A stretch of DNA of 64,000 nt, from positions 34,908,001-34,972,000 of the forward strand of contig NW_024704742.1 of NCBI RefSeq assembly GCF_018977255.1, read 5' to 3'. A program made the translations under genes and the position numbers. This stretch comes from Callorhinchus milii. Lineage: Eukaryota. Positions 26,528 to 39,732 of the stretch are shown piece by piece (within the stretch, counting starts at the first letter, position 1; every line of letters starts with the position of its first letter). Below the pieces are notes generated by a model. The model did not search any database, was not told the DNA's origin, and was given only the letters and a program-made list of their open reading frames with translations.

Positions 26528-28667
26528 CTGAAGAAAACATTCCATGCAATATCTTCAAACCAGACAATATAGAAGGAAATGCCAGTGTGTATTTTCTACT
26601 TGTTCTTTTGAACAAAGTTTCATGTACAATTCTCGTGGTTGATTTCTGTTTTGAAAGTAAGTTCCTACATGCCTGCAAATTTATTTCATCGTGGATTTTG
26701 ATGTCTGGTTTTACCAGATTATCCTGTCGTATTAAACTGTCGGGTACTGCCTTGAAGCCTGTTCACAGCACAATGCTTGACTTCATTAAATACTGCATTG
26801 TAGGCAGATTTACAGGATTAGATACAAATTCTTTGTAAAATACTTGTGGGAATGAAGAAAGATATAATGATAAGATTATGAATGGGGGGGAGGGGGGACA
26901 GCACATAATTGCTGTGTTTTGAATTTCAATTTAATCTGGAGAAATTTTTATTTGATTTTATAATAGATGTGGGATACATCTCCTTTGACAGCAATAAATC
27001 AAAGAAATCATTGCTTTAGATGTTGCCCAGATCACAGTGATTTTCTGTTTTCCACGGAAGACCATACAAATGTAGCCCTGAATTTGGTTTTGACTCATAC
27101 TGTAGACTTTACTGCTCCCCTTTTATATCTGCAATGCATTTCCTGATCATATTTATGCAGCGGATTAACCAGAGTTCAATATAACACAACTGTTGAGAAA
27201 TAAAATAGCTGACCTTTTTTGAATAGTGAAAAGTAGCTGTAATATTTTACTATTAACAATTTATAATAATCCTTGCATTTTGATATAGTGCCTTATCATG
27301 TCGTCAAGACGTCTCAAAGAGCTTCACATGATATACTGTAAAGTTGTGTGATTGTGACTTCTAAATTTGCCTATAATAAAATCATTAAGAGCTGAGGCAA
27401 GGAACTGGAAAGAACTGGGATTAATAAAAAAAAGATGATTTAATGCTAGAGGTAGCGGTATAATAATAATTCTTGCAATTGATATAGTGCGTTTCACCTC
27501 CAGATGCTATCTCAAAACACTTTACAGGATATACTGTAAAGTGGATATACTGTAAAGTGTAGTGACTGTGTATTTTGTAGGTGAGCAAAATGTGCTGAAA
27601 ATGTCTTATGTTTCTGTGATCTCTGATTACGCTTGCATTATAAGCTGTAGATGTATTTTATTTCACTCACCCAAGAATAAAACACACCAGCAAAACACAA
27701 CTGAAGCATTCATGAGCAGGCTGTTAAAAGTGTTTTTTAGTTGTACAGCAAATGCCAAGAGTCTTTAAAGGGCTGGTTTAACCAGACCTCTGTGGAATCT
27801 GCACTCTATCTGGATGAAAAATTACATAGCTTGGCTGGCTTTGCTTTTCCAGCTGTAGTGTAAATCAATTGGTACAGTATTTTTGCAAAAATGCGTGACT
27901 CCATAAAGTCTGCCTCCTGAGGTTCTGAAGTAAGTTAAGAGCTTGATTTCTGTCGAGGGGTGGTATCAATGCACACTGACGTAAAAAGCCTTTAAATCCA
28001 ATATGATCCACCTGTTTGCTGCGAACATTGTACTTCACACATCACAGTAGGGCAGATATTTTATGATGTTGTCAATTTTACCCCAGATAAGCCATTATTA
28101 TCTAGACATTAAGATAATATTTGAGCGGGGGGTGCTGGTGTAGAGCTATATTCTTTTCTCCCATCACCCTGTCTTGAAAGCCCTGACCCTTACTAAGGTC
28201 TGGTTCCATGGGGATACATGACCTTCCAGAGCCTTGTCCACATGGCTACCTTTGAGTGTGAGTATTGTGATGTTATTCAACCATAGGATAAATCCCAGCT
28301 CAGCTCAACCATGTTTTTACACAATGTGCATTTTTCAGCCGAGATCAATGAACAACAATCTGTAATCATATCTGATTACACCCCCCCACCCCCTCCCCCC
28401 TACACACACACCACAAACACACATATCCCAGAGGTCACTGAACACACCACCTTCTGAGTCAGAGGCGAGAGTGTTACCAACTGAGCCAAGTTGGATGATT
28501 CCCTCCCCCCAGCTCGGGGGCAAGCACTGCCACTGTTAAATGCTCCAAGGCACTACTCCACGTGAAGAGTGCTATATAAATGCAAGTTGTTATTGGTGTT
28601 GATTCCAACTCTGTCCCCCACCCTACACCCATGCTCGCTTTCTAAGCACATCAGCATTACATCAACA

Positions 28668-29254
28668 AATACATTTGTCCACACTTGGCACCATCCTAAT
28701 GAATGTGGGCTCATGTCCAACTTGGTAATGCACCATAATCATCTATTAAGGGTCCTCAAATTCACTGGCAAATCTTTGGATGAACCTCAGTGTGTTATTC
28801 TCCAGCAGATTTTGTGTACTTTAACAGTGTGTACTGTCAATGAGATTTCCCATTGTAAGTGCACCAGCAATTGGTTACATTTACTGGTACATGGAGCATC
28901 ACTATTATAGCCTAGTAACCAGCTAGTTGGCAGGTTTGGGGAATAGAGTGCAAAGCATTAAATGCCACTATATTTTGCGGGGAAAAATACCCAGTGTTTT
29001 TCCTGTTCTGATTTACATTTGTATGTAATCCTGCATGTCTGGATAGAATTGTTTCTCTTATCATAATGTGTAGTGTAAATCCAACCTCCTGTGTTCAACG
29101 TTCATCGAGACTCTGCTTCCCCTGACATCAAGCATCTGCTGTCATTCATTTTCAAGCGCCTGTTCATTTCTGTAATACATTTGTCAACACTTGGCACCGT
29201 CCTAAGGAATGTGGGCTCATCTCCAACTTGGTAACGCACCATGACCATCTATTA
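28668..29254. repeat. 81-bp direct repeat (28668-28748 / 29174-29254)
   Basis: Ungapped alignment, 7 mismatches; flanks unrelated. Confidence 0.92.
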
Positions 29255-30719
29255 TACTACATTAACGGAGAAGCTATCTGTTTTCCAACCTTAACAGAAA
29301 TATTGTCATTAACCCTCAATGGGATGCGGCAGCAATGCGGGGATGAGTTCAAACTGAATTACAAATCCTTTGTCGTCCAACATTGACTTTGTTTGGTCTA
29401 TTTCGTCTAAATTAGCTCTATTGATCTATTCAGATCATGTTTGAATCAAAAGTGCTCACGGTGTATAGATAATAAAATATCACTCTATGAGTGCAAGAAG
29501 ATGTCTTAAGATTATTCAGGTGCTCTGGAACGCTACCCTGCTTGAGGGGTGCTATATAAATGCAAGTTGTTGTTGTTGAGTATAAGAAATGACTATTTAG
29601 TCTGTTAAAAGCTCACTCCTTTCACAGGCTTCTGTTTATGGGAGAAGCCACAACAACAACCACCATGGCCATTTACATTTATCTGTAAAGCCACAGGAAC
29701 AAAGGCAACGTACGTGTGATTGAAGGATATATCCCTGATTTTGTGGTTGAGTGGGGTTGGAGCACACATGTGCATGTTGCTCCTAGTATCCTAGTTGGGT
29801 TGATGTATTTGATTGCTGTAGGTAGTGGACCAGCTATGCATCTGTTCTCCTGTACCACTTAAGAACAAGCACATGGGTAATTCCTAGCTTTCTTGTGGTA
29901 AATATACATCTATTTCCTGCCAGTTTTGCACTTGGTGATGAAACTGTGCACTCGAGCATTGCAGTGAGCTTTGCACCCTACCTTAGCTTTTCAGGCTCAG
30001 TCTACGTTTTTGCAAATACTCAGATCCACAACAATCAGAGATACGAAAAAAGAAAGAGATGGCTGGAAATACATAACTTCACATAACTACACATCACTGG
30101 ATTTTTAATGGAATGTGATTTTCTAAGGTAATATGAGATAAAAGGAGAAGTTAAATTAAAACTGGAGAAGGAAAATATTGACATAAATTGATATTCTGTA
30201 GCGTTTCAAAAATAGGCATTTTCATCTCTCGGCACCTGGATTGATACGCAGTCCCAGGCTGATAGACTGAAAGTCTCTTTTTGTTAACTTTCAAGGTATT
30301 AAGTGGAAATGAGTTTAGTAGTCTCAACCCACGTTTTGCAGGTGTGAGTCGATGTAACAAGTAGGTCACGATTCAATCTTATTTGGAGATGAAGAGGCCA
30401 CAGAGTGGAAAGGAGGAAACAAAAATGGAGCAAAAGTTTTAAGGAGAGGCTTGCTGAGCATATAACCTGTGCTGACTCTGACCTTGGAGTGCCTGATACC
30501 GTCCCTGAGTTCAAACAAAGAAATTCATCTGATATATTTGCTTGTTTTTTTGGAAAGAAAGGTAATGTGAAGCACTGATTGTTTCATTAAAAAAAAGTAC
30601 TTCTAATAAGCTACGTGTTGACTGACATGGTACATTACGTGCTGTTATGGCAGACAGAAACTTGCTGGTACACTGCTCACTTTTGCACCATAACACTTTT
30701 AAAGAGGTACTTTACTAAC

Positions 30720-30960
30720 AATCAGGCTTCCAGACCTCATCCCACCTTTCAATTGTTTCTTTAAGGAATGAATTCTTAGACCATGACATTTGATTCTTAC
30801 TCATGACCAGTATATTGGCCTTTGTCCAAAGAATTTCCTTTGCTGGCTCCCAAAGTGGTCTGATTTGCGGTGATTCGTAACGAGAGTGGCAAATATTGAC
30901 TCTGAATTGCAAACAGTGATTTCTGCAGGTGATCAGAGGTATGCCACGCTGAGCCACGTA
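30720..30960 (-). CDS. Candidate nested gene exon (YVAQRGIPLITCRNHCLQFRV...ERWDEVWKPD)
   Basis: ctccag acceptor, phase 0; two possible phase-1 donors (GTAAGA, exon end 30801; GTTAGT, exon end 30720); lies within ORF 30715-30993. Confidence 0.5.
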
Positions 30961-31167
30961 CTGGAGTAACCACAGGCCTGTGTGGTGACACACATCTGGT
31001 TACTGTACCTTGAGGCACTATCAATGACTTATCATGTGGATTCCTGTGTAGAGTGGAGCCCCATTATAACGCACTGTTTCGGATCCATAAAATCTCAACT
31101 TGTGTAATAGCCCCCTCCTTTATTTCATCACTTGCTTCTAAAGTACAAAGTTACATTCTCTACTTAC

Positions 31168-31355
31168 CTGTACCCCAGCCAGCCACACCACACACCAGGG
31201 CCACTCAATGAATTCTCCTGATGAGCGGCCTGGTACAGTGGAAAAAGTTGGCCCCAGCCAGCAGCAGGATAGGCTGTTTGGATTGTTGGGCAAGATCTCG
31301 GTGAGCACAAATTTTAGATCTTGCCTTCTGTGAGGTTCTGCCAGATTGTTAAAGT
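31168..31355 (-). CDS. Candidate nested gene exon (FNNLAEPHRRQDLKFVLTEILPNN...EFIEWPWCVVWLAGVQ)
   Basis: Perfect CAG|GTAAGTA donor, CAG acceptor, 62 open codons, phase 1-0. Confidence 0.55.
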
Positions 31356-32396
31356 CTGAGTATTTCAGGTGGTTTAAATGAGCAAAATTAAAAAAACCTT
31401 ATAAACACATATGCATATACATAAACTTATACTGTACTTACTTTCAGTGCATTTTAACAAATAAACTGAGAGTTAGGTGGCCAGGGCCACTCTTGTCACA
31501 CTGACATTGTGGGGGTCCTGGCAACTACAGCATCCCTAGTGGTCCTGGAGAACTCATATCAACATAGTCACTGAGCTCTTTTCCCTTGGAGTGACAAGAT
31601 ATCAGGAGTTTTACTAGAAATGTAAGTTGTTATCTTTCACACTTGCACGTTTGAAGGCCGTGGTTAGGCTGACAGGAGTAGGGCATGGGAGATAACTCAA
31701 AATAACTCATTATATATTTATGATACATTTATTATATTTAATAACAATATGCCTGTGATGTGATCAAAGAATTTAAATTCTGGCTCGCAACTACAAACCA
31801 AACATTGTAGCTCACAACTTACATGGTTATGATTGTGAAAATGTATCCAATACTGGAAGACGGGCCAAAAATAATGATGGTAAGAATTCATCCACAGTCG
31901 CGACACTTTATAGTATATCCCGTGAAGTCCTTAGACATGTCCTCCCCACGTGAAAGGTACTATACCAAATGCAAGGATTATTATTAAATATTATTATTAA
32001 ATTCAGAATAGATTGTGGTTTTCAATTCTCTGTATGTAAAATTTTTAATTAAAATGCAAATTGTTTGTGTCATTGCAATCCTAAAGCTCCATGGATTATT
32101 TCATGCTCTGTGATTGAGTCTAAGACCTTGTAAATTATTAGTCAACTCAGGGCTCTTCAGTGATGATTGAAATCATAGTAATTTTGGCACAGGAGATCCA
32201 TCATAGCTGTGCTGTGCAAGATCCCCAATGGAGATATCCATTCTAATTCCACTTCCCTGCTCCATCCCCATAAGTATATATTTTTTATTTTTCAGCCATT
32301 TACTTAATTTCCTTTTAAATGATGTACTTGACTACTTCAATTGTGATGTATTCCAAATCCTTCACCCTTTGTGTAAAAACATTGTTACCGGGTTAC

Positions 32397-32580
32397 CAAC
32401 CAGTGAAGATAATCTTTTACAATAAATCCCCTTATATAACAGGTGCAGGCCACAACAACCAGGGATGTAGTTTCTCGGAGGGTTGAACAAATCCTGCAAA
32501 TCTATCTTGAATGAGAAATATGAACACATCCTGTACTCCTGCACAGACTTCCCCCCTTCCCCGATTTGGCATTGTCCCAT
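32397..32580 (-). CDS. Candidate nested antisense gene, first coding exon (MGQCQIGEGG...LHLLYKGIYCKRLSSLV)
   Basis: ATG in strong Kozak context (ataATGG), 61 open codons, G|GTAACC donor in phase 1 matching the next candidate exon. Confidence 0.45.
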
Positions 32581-35500
32581 TATCTGTTCTGAGGTTTACA
32601 AACCAGAACTATGCATTAAAACAAAGTAAATAGTCCAAATTCTGATACATAAATGGACAAGTAATTTGGCACCAATCTATAACTGGAACAGTTAAGTGCA
32701 TGTTTGGAATGGTTCAATGGTCAATCTTTCGCAAAAGTTAATCTTTCCAGTAATTTTGCTGGCAAGTATGCAATTAACTTGACGTTCAACTGTGTGGCTG
32801 ATCCACATTGTTTGGTTCAGTGTGTCTGATATTCAGCAAGTTTAACTTGGTCTTTGTTGGCTGCAGTAACTGGTGGCTGGTATTTTATCTAGGAGCACGG
32901 AAACATTTGAGTGGAATTTTCTGTTTATTTAGGAATATGTGAGGCAAAAATTCTATTCATTGTTCCCAAGGGAGCAGATCCCAATGCATGTCTGTGAATC
33001 TGTCAAGAGTTTGCCTGCTTCCTACCTGCAGAATATGAGAATGATAAATGGGGTTGAAAGAAGCAGAAACAGCTAACACTGTAAATTTGATATCTATTCT
33101 GCAGAAAATTGATATGAAAAAATAATAAAATACTAAAAGTCAGATGACCTTTGTGATTGCATTTTTTTGTGCTTCTTACAATGCAATACTGCAAAAAGTT
33201 ATAACACAAAAATTATAACTACATAACTTGCATCCGCTATTCAATCTGAACCGTCTAGTGATTTGTTTCAAAATGTATTATACAACAATGAAAAACTGGC
33301 ACATCCAATCTCCAGAAAGGCTGATTTGTATCCAATTGCATGATGAGCCCATAGATCTTTCTTGTAAAATCTGACTTCCCTCAGAGATTGAACTCTGATT
33401 AAGTATTTCTACAAAAAGAATATGGTTTTAAAATATGACCACTGCACATCAAATTCCAATCAAATGTGGGCTACTGGGCAGTATTCTGAGCAGCCTTTAT
33501 CTTCCTGAACTTTTTCATTTAAAAGCTACAGAAAATGGACTATAAATTAGAATTAAATTCTACAATTTGCAAACTTTGCAAAGCTTCATTAATTGAGTAA
33601 ATCTAGACCCAGCTGGAATTACTGGGTGGAAACCCCAGTTGATTTCAAGTGCACTTTTGTATCTGATCCAGTGTTGTAATGCATGAACCTACCATACTAC
33701 AGGAAATATGAAAATCTATCTATTTTCTAGTTATAATAATAATAATCTTTGCATTTGATATAGCGCTTTTCACGTCGGGAGGACGTCTCTATTATTAGGC
33801 GTGTGGAGTAAGGAAACTTGCCCAAGGTTTCGCCCTGCCTGGAATTGAACTTAGGTCTCTCGCTTGCAAAGCGAGTGCTCTAACCACTGTACTAGTTGTA
33901 ATGGTCCTGCAGCACTATTTGAGAAGAGGAGGGAGTTTCTCGTGGGGTGTTGGCCAACAATCCTCCAGATAAAATTGATCATTCACTTCTTACCTGTTGT
34001 GGGACATGTCTTTGCACAAATTTGCTGCTGTTACACTTATACTTCACAGAAACTCCGCAAAGCTTTTTGAGACATTCTTGACCTAATAAAGCACTCTATC
34101 AACTGCAAGGATTCTAATTATTCAGGAGAGCTGGTATGAGAAATGGTTCAGAAGTGTACTCATGCTTTACTCCCCCTCCAACTTCTCCTCTCCTGAATTT
34201 CCATTCCTGAACAATCACGTTCTTCACTTAGATAAGCACAAAACACCCTGCCACACCTCAGCCTTTTTTGGTATTGTTCTCTACGTTCCTTTCTCACTAT
34301 CTGTTGTTTCCTGCCTGAGTGTGAGCAGAGGACACTTAAGTCCATGGCCTTCATCACCGCTGCTCTATAAACTTATCACGTTAGCAAGTGGGCAAGACCT
34401 GTTATGACTGATGTCAAAATCGATTTGGAACCTATTCTGGAACGATAGTCAAATCAACCGAAGCATCTTTTTCATCCTAACTGCTAATTTGTGTGGGAGG
34501 CAGCCAAAATGTAGACACACAGCTGGTGCACATTGTTTTTAATACTGTTCAAAGTAATCTCAATCATTAAAGGATCAAAGCAGAAGAGATCATGCCTCTT
34601 GGACTTGGGGCAGTCGGCAGAGGGATGTGTTCGGGAGTGTGGGAGGCCACTCTGTTTTGAAGCTATTGAAACATAAGGCAAAATGCACTTTTTTGTTGTT
34701 TTAGGTTGTTCTGACAAAAACTGTGGTAAAAGATAAGGATGTATTTTAGATCCTACAAAGTACTTTAGCCATCTGCTGCTGGTCCAAGCCAAATGCATAA
34801 AAATAGCGAGAATCTTAATGCGAAATGTTGCAATGGAATCGCTGAAGATTGGATTAAAAAAAAGTCTCTCATTTCTGTTGGTTACACTACCAGCACCTGC
34901 CATCACAGCTAGTTGCTGTAGTTTGTTCGGTTCAAAACTCCTAGAAACATTTGAGACATTGAAAGAAATTGACACATTATGTCATCTCGACAATGACAAC
35001 TGGAATCTCCGGAAAATGTAGCACAGTCTGATTCATATTGAGCATTTATAATAATAATCCTTAATTTTTATATAAAGCCTTTCATGTTGGGAGACGTCTC
35101 AAAGTGCTTCACATGACATACCTGTATAGGAGAGTGACTGTATAACATGTAAGTGAACACTATTTAGTGAAGAGTTAGTGGTTGTCAACAATGATCTGAT
35201 AACACAGAACTAGGAGTGGTGGCGGTGTTTATTCAACATTGTAACGCTTCCATTTTTATGGACTAAACACCATACATCAGGTCACCTGTTAGGAAAGAAG
35301 TTTTGAAAACAAATCTCTAGAAGCTGCTCATTTCTTTTTCTGTGTAAAACATAACAAATGCAAGTCAAGTATTTTCAGAAAATATTTAATTGGTTACGTT
35401 CCTGAACTCCCATGTTTCCATATATGAAACAACTTATTTTCCCATCCATTGCTCAACACTGACCCCGGGTATTAAACTCCACCCCAAAGTTTGGCACCAT

Positions 35501-37483
35501 GTTCCACCTGACGTTTTCAGCTTTGTTCTTTCCAATCCCGATCCTGGCCTTTTCTGTGGAGAGCCACAGCTTAACTTAACTCAGTTGTTATCAAACACTG
35601 GCTCAGGTTGAGGCTAAGAATCTCTGGTTAAAAGGGAATCCCAGATTGTGTTGAAAGTTCCTGAGAACTGGCTTCAGACACGGCCATTACACTTCACTTT
35701 AAGAGTGGATGGGAAAATGTGAGACTTTTTAACGGATTCTCGCTAGAGAATTGTTGAATCTGTTATGAATCATCTAATTTTTCAACCTGTGGAGTGTAGA
35801 AAAGAAGCAGCCTGCTTCTGGCGTTTCTCAGAAGAGGCATGTGCGATAGACTCTCATTAGATATGTGAACAGCGAGTTTTTAAAGACACCCAGGTGACAG
35901 CCTCTCTTGAGGTGCACAATATTAGTTCCTGTTGCAGTGATGGATTAATGTACTATAAACACTATAAAATTGTACTTAGAGATCACACAACACAAAACAC
36001 CACTGATTTCAAGTTTGCAGTTTGTTATAAGTTAAGGATGAGTGACATGGCCTTTCATGTGGTCTCTTTTGATTTTTATGCCATTTTCTTCAAATGATTT
36101 TCTTTGTTGCTCAAATTAGTCTCTTTTCTGCAACTGCACTTTGTTCACATTAACGATTGAGTCTTGTCTTCAAAACGACTTGTTAAGAATCAGTCAGCTA
36201 CCTTGGGTTCTAATCAACGTTAACACCTTCCTTTTGGCCGGGATTGCTTTTGTTTGCTTCTTTGAACATTCGAATGCTGATTGATGATGACATTGCTGGG
36301 GTTAAGACTCATGGAATTAATGGGAAGTTAATTAGCTACATTGGAAACCTGCTAGGCGTGAGAATGAGAAAGTGAGGATAAATGGAGCGAGTCCTGTCCA
36401 GGGGAAAATGACTTACAGAGCTCTCCAAGAGTGTTCACACTGCAGTAGACCCTCATTAGAATGTACTTCAGTATAACAGGAATTTGCTTATGGTGCTATT
36501 GGGGTGTGACTGTGTCATATGTAAATGAACACCATTTAGTGAAGAGTCAATGGTTGTCCAACATTTACTTATCCAAAATCTGCACAGAAAGCAAGCTGAC
36601 TAGCTTCAAAACATTGGTTAGCTTTTCATCGTCTTGCAGGTTATGAGGTCACCACCAATATCACTTCCTGCACACTAGGGTTAAATGACCTGATTATCCA
36701 GGAAGTCAGCCATTTTTTAGTGGACAAAAAGCTAGCTGATGTTTTGAAATGAACTGGCTTTCTGCTCATAGGTGCAGTGAATGCGAAAGCACTGATCAGC
36801 GATCGGGCCCAATTATAATTCTGGCTGGGATATTATGGAGCCCCTCACCCACCAACTATCCCATTGTAACAGGGCTCTACTGTATTTACAAAAAGTTATG
36901 AATGATGATATTCCTTATCCAATAGCCTATACGATGCCAAGTGTTCTGGTGCTAAGTCTGAGGAACCTGGATTATTTTAAAGCTTTAAAATGCCAGATAT
37001 GTCGAACTGAAGCTGAAGGCATTCCCCTTAATTACCACATTGCTCATCCAATAACTCCCTGCAGTGCATGCCCAAGTTTGTAATGTTTGGGGTGAATCTT
37101 GTACCTGATGGAACCAGGAAGAGAAGTTAGGTATGCAGGTATTGGCCTTTGCTCTCTCCCTATCTTCTCATCTTGTGTTTTAGATTGCGAAATACTGGCA
37201 TATCTGAGGCTGGTTTACATAGTTTAGGAAACACCTACATTTTGTTACAAATTAGTCTTGGATGTTTTGGACAATGCTTCAAAATGCTGATTGAATACAG
37301 CATGAGAGAATATTTAAAACAAATGTTTAATTGCAGTTTTGAAAAGAGCAGGATATTGTGATGGCAATGGCTCCTGTGATAGGAACTAAAAATCACCACA
37401 AGCCAGTCAGGACTACAGGACTGGCAACGATTTCATAATATGGACTTCTCAGAAAATGACATCCTCTTTCTTCTCTTCCACAG

Positions 37484-37591
37484 AATAATACAGGTTGGAA
37501 GCCAGACTCCTGCCAAGATTGCAGCTGCCACAGTGATATTGTTCTGTGCAGGGTTATGCAATGTCAGAACCCCCAGTGTGACTTACAGAAG
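37484..37591 (+). CDS. FRAS1: FRAS1 exon (~exon 3), VWC1: NNTGWKPDSCQDCSCHSDIVLCRVMQCQNPQCDLQK
   Basis: Polypyrimidine tract + CAG acceptor, AG|GTAATT donor, 108 nt, phase 0-0; WKPDSC..C.CH.DIV.C..NPQC matches recalled FRAS1 N-terminus. Confidence 0.95.
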
Positions 37592-38980
37592 GTAATTGTG
37601 TAGTTAAATATGATCAGTGCATTTTAACATGAATGGGCTAAACTTTCATGCTTTGATTGTGCAGAAAGACCATCGGTGTTTGTGTTCGGTGTTTGTGCCT
37701 TTAACTTTACACCAACCTTTCCCTCCAATTTTCATTCCTCCTCTTAGCCTAAAGCTATGTTTGACTCCTTTTCCTTTCTACTGTGAGACAATACTGTGTG
37801 CCCTGCAGTAATTGCCAAGTAGTCATTTTGCTTGTTACCTGAAGAAATGCCTGCAGGGCTTATATTAACTGGTTTAAGGTAATTTCCTCCTCAACACCGC
37901 CCTTACAGATTGCATCCCATGTCAGGACAGGAGAGAGAGAGGTTAATTTTTATGAGGCAGAGCAAAGCTGCCAAATAAACAGAAACAGTGCCCTGATGTG
38001 GAGCAAAGCATAATGTACCATTGCTCCCACACTGTCGGACTTGAAAGAACAGAGGTCAGCCCTTCCTGTGTGCTGCTGTAGACAATAAATAGTTGGCAAT
38101 GTCATTGTGACTTTTACTCATGAATGAAAAGACTATGTTATGGCTTGATTTCAAATGTCAGGGCTAGGGTGGTACATGTGAGGGGGAGTGGGAGCGAAAG
38201 AGGATGAAAGGGGGGCGTAGGTTTATTCTGATGATTCCTGCATTCTGGAGTTTCTAATCACAAAGATGCTGCTGGTTGTTCGGATAGAGCAGATCCCCAC
38301 TTCTCCCCATGGAAGAGGAGATGGAGTCAGTCCCAAAGAATTCCTCATGCGACTTTCAAATGGCCGGCTTCAGTGGCAAAGGTACGGGGGGAGCAGTTCC
38401 CCCACCCTTTGTGCTGATGGCTATCTTGGTGAGAAGAAGGAGATAGCAATGCAAAGAATTATTAATTAACCATAGAAATTTACAGCACAGAATAGGGCCA
38501 TTTGGCTCATCATGTCTGTGCTAGCTCTTTTAAAGACAGTTCTTTTACATCCCTCTTCCTCTTGATCTATTCCCTGTCAGCTTTCTCATTTAATGTTTTG
38601 AAAGTTTGACCATTAGATATTTCTTAGGAAGAAATCTGTCAAGAAATACCATCAATTAGATTGTACGGAGTGAAAACTGTTGCATGTGATCACTGATACT
38701 ATTAATCATACACTGGACATTCCACTCCTGGAAACATCTCTGACAACTCTTAAAGCTGAGTTAATCTCCGAACCAGCACTGATTTTCTGGGATTCACAAA
38801 GCAGCCTCAAGAGCTGAAGAGATCTTTGGGTGAAACCATCAGAATGAAGTTGGGGGTGAAGGGAGAATTTCTCCATGGCGGGGGCTCTAGGAACAGAATA
38901 TCCCACAGTCCAACCATCTCACCAGTGATCACATTAGTGTTGTTGGATATTTTATAATTGTTTTCTTCTTGCTGTTGTAG

Positions 38981-39073
38981 GGAGAGGTCTTCAGAATAAA
39001 TCCAAACAAGTGCTGCCCTGAGTGTGCCCCGCGGACACATCAAGCCTGTGATTTTGAAGGACAGATCCATGGG
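38981..39073 (+). CDS. FRAS1: FRAS1 exon (~exon 4): GEVFRINPNKCCPECAPRTHQACDFEGQIHG
   Basis: TAG acceptor, GTAGGT donor, 93 nt; CCPEC VWC end motif; in frame with neighbours. Confidence 0.95.
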
Positions 39074-39390
39074 GTAGGTGGCCTGGCTTTTCCCCCATGT
39101 ATTTGTGGTATATTAAATTCCATGGGAGCTGCAGAGAATTTCAAAGTGTACCACAAGACATTGTATGCCACTGTTACCGCCCTCCTTTCACTCAGAGCAC
39201 TGTAAACACTGTAACCACATAAATCATTTCATTTGCTGGAATAAATCATACATGGCATTTCAAATAGGATTACAAATTAACTTGCATTGTTCCTTTTTAA
39301 AGCCTTTTTTGTTCTTCTTTTATTATCCGCTGTGGGTTAGAGTAGAAGTGATGTACAGTAATACTGGAGCTGTAGATTGAGTGTTAAAAC

Positions 39391-39702
39391 GTGGAGTCCC
39401 TGTGGAGTGGTTAGAGAACTCACCTCGCAAGTGAGAGAGACCTGGGTTCCATTCCCGGCAGGACGAAACCTTGGGCAAGTTTCCTTACTCCACATGCCTG
39501 ATAATAATCCTTCAAGAAGAAAAACAATAATAAATTGGTCACTTGAATCCACAACTGTTTCTGGCACACTGCTGTGCGCAATTGGTTGCCACGTTTTTCC
39601 CACAAATATAGTCAATTCACTTCACAGTATATTCTGTGAAGCGCTTTGAGATGGTTAGAAGATGCGAAAAGCACTATATCAAATGCAAGGATATTATTAT
39701 TA
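39391..39702 (+). mobile_element. Full-length SINE with 7-bp target-site duplication
   Basis: TTAAAAC at 39384-39390 and 39703-39709. Confidence 0.9.
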
Positions 39703-39732
39703 TTAAAACAATTCACTTAGAATTAATTAATT

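Noticed and set aside
30342..30561. + strand exon-like segment (ttttgcag ... AAG|GTAATG)
   Set aside because: The frame that reaches the donor open has a stop near 30390, and there is no FRAS1 similarity; at most a cryptic exon
31823..31852. 30-nt - strand segment with a strong acceptor and GTAAGT donor
   Set aside because: Has a stop in the phase-1 frame required by the flanking candidate exons; left out of the model, though a poison exon or a different phase solution is possible
1..37483. FRAS1 exons 1-2
   Set aside because: No signal-peptide exon or short Cys-containing exon 2 recognised by eye; probably upstream, though a very short exon could be missed
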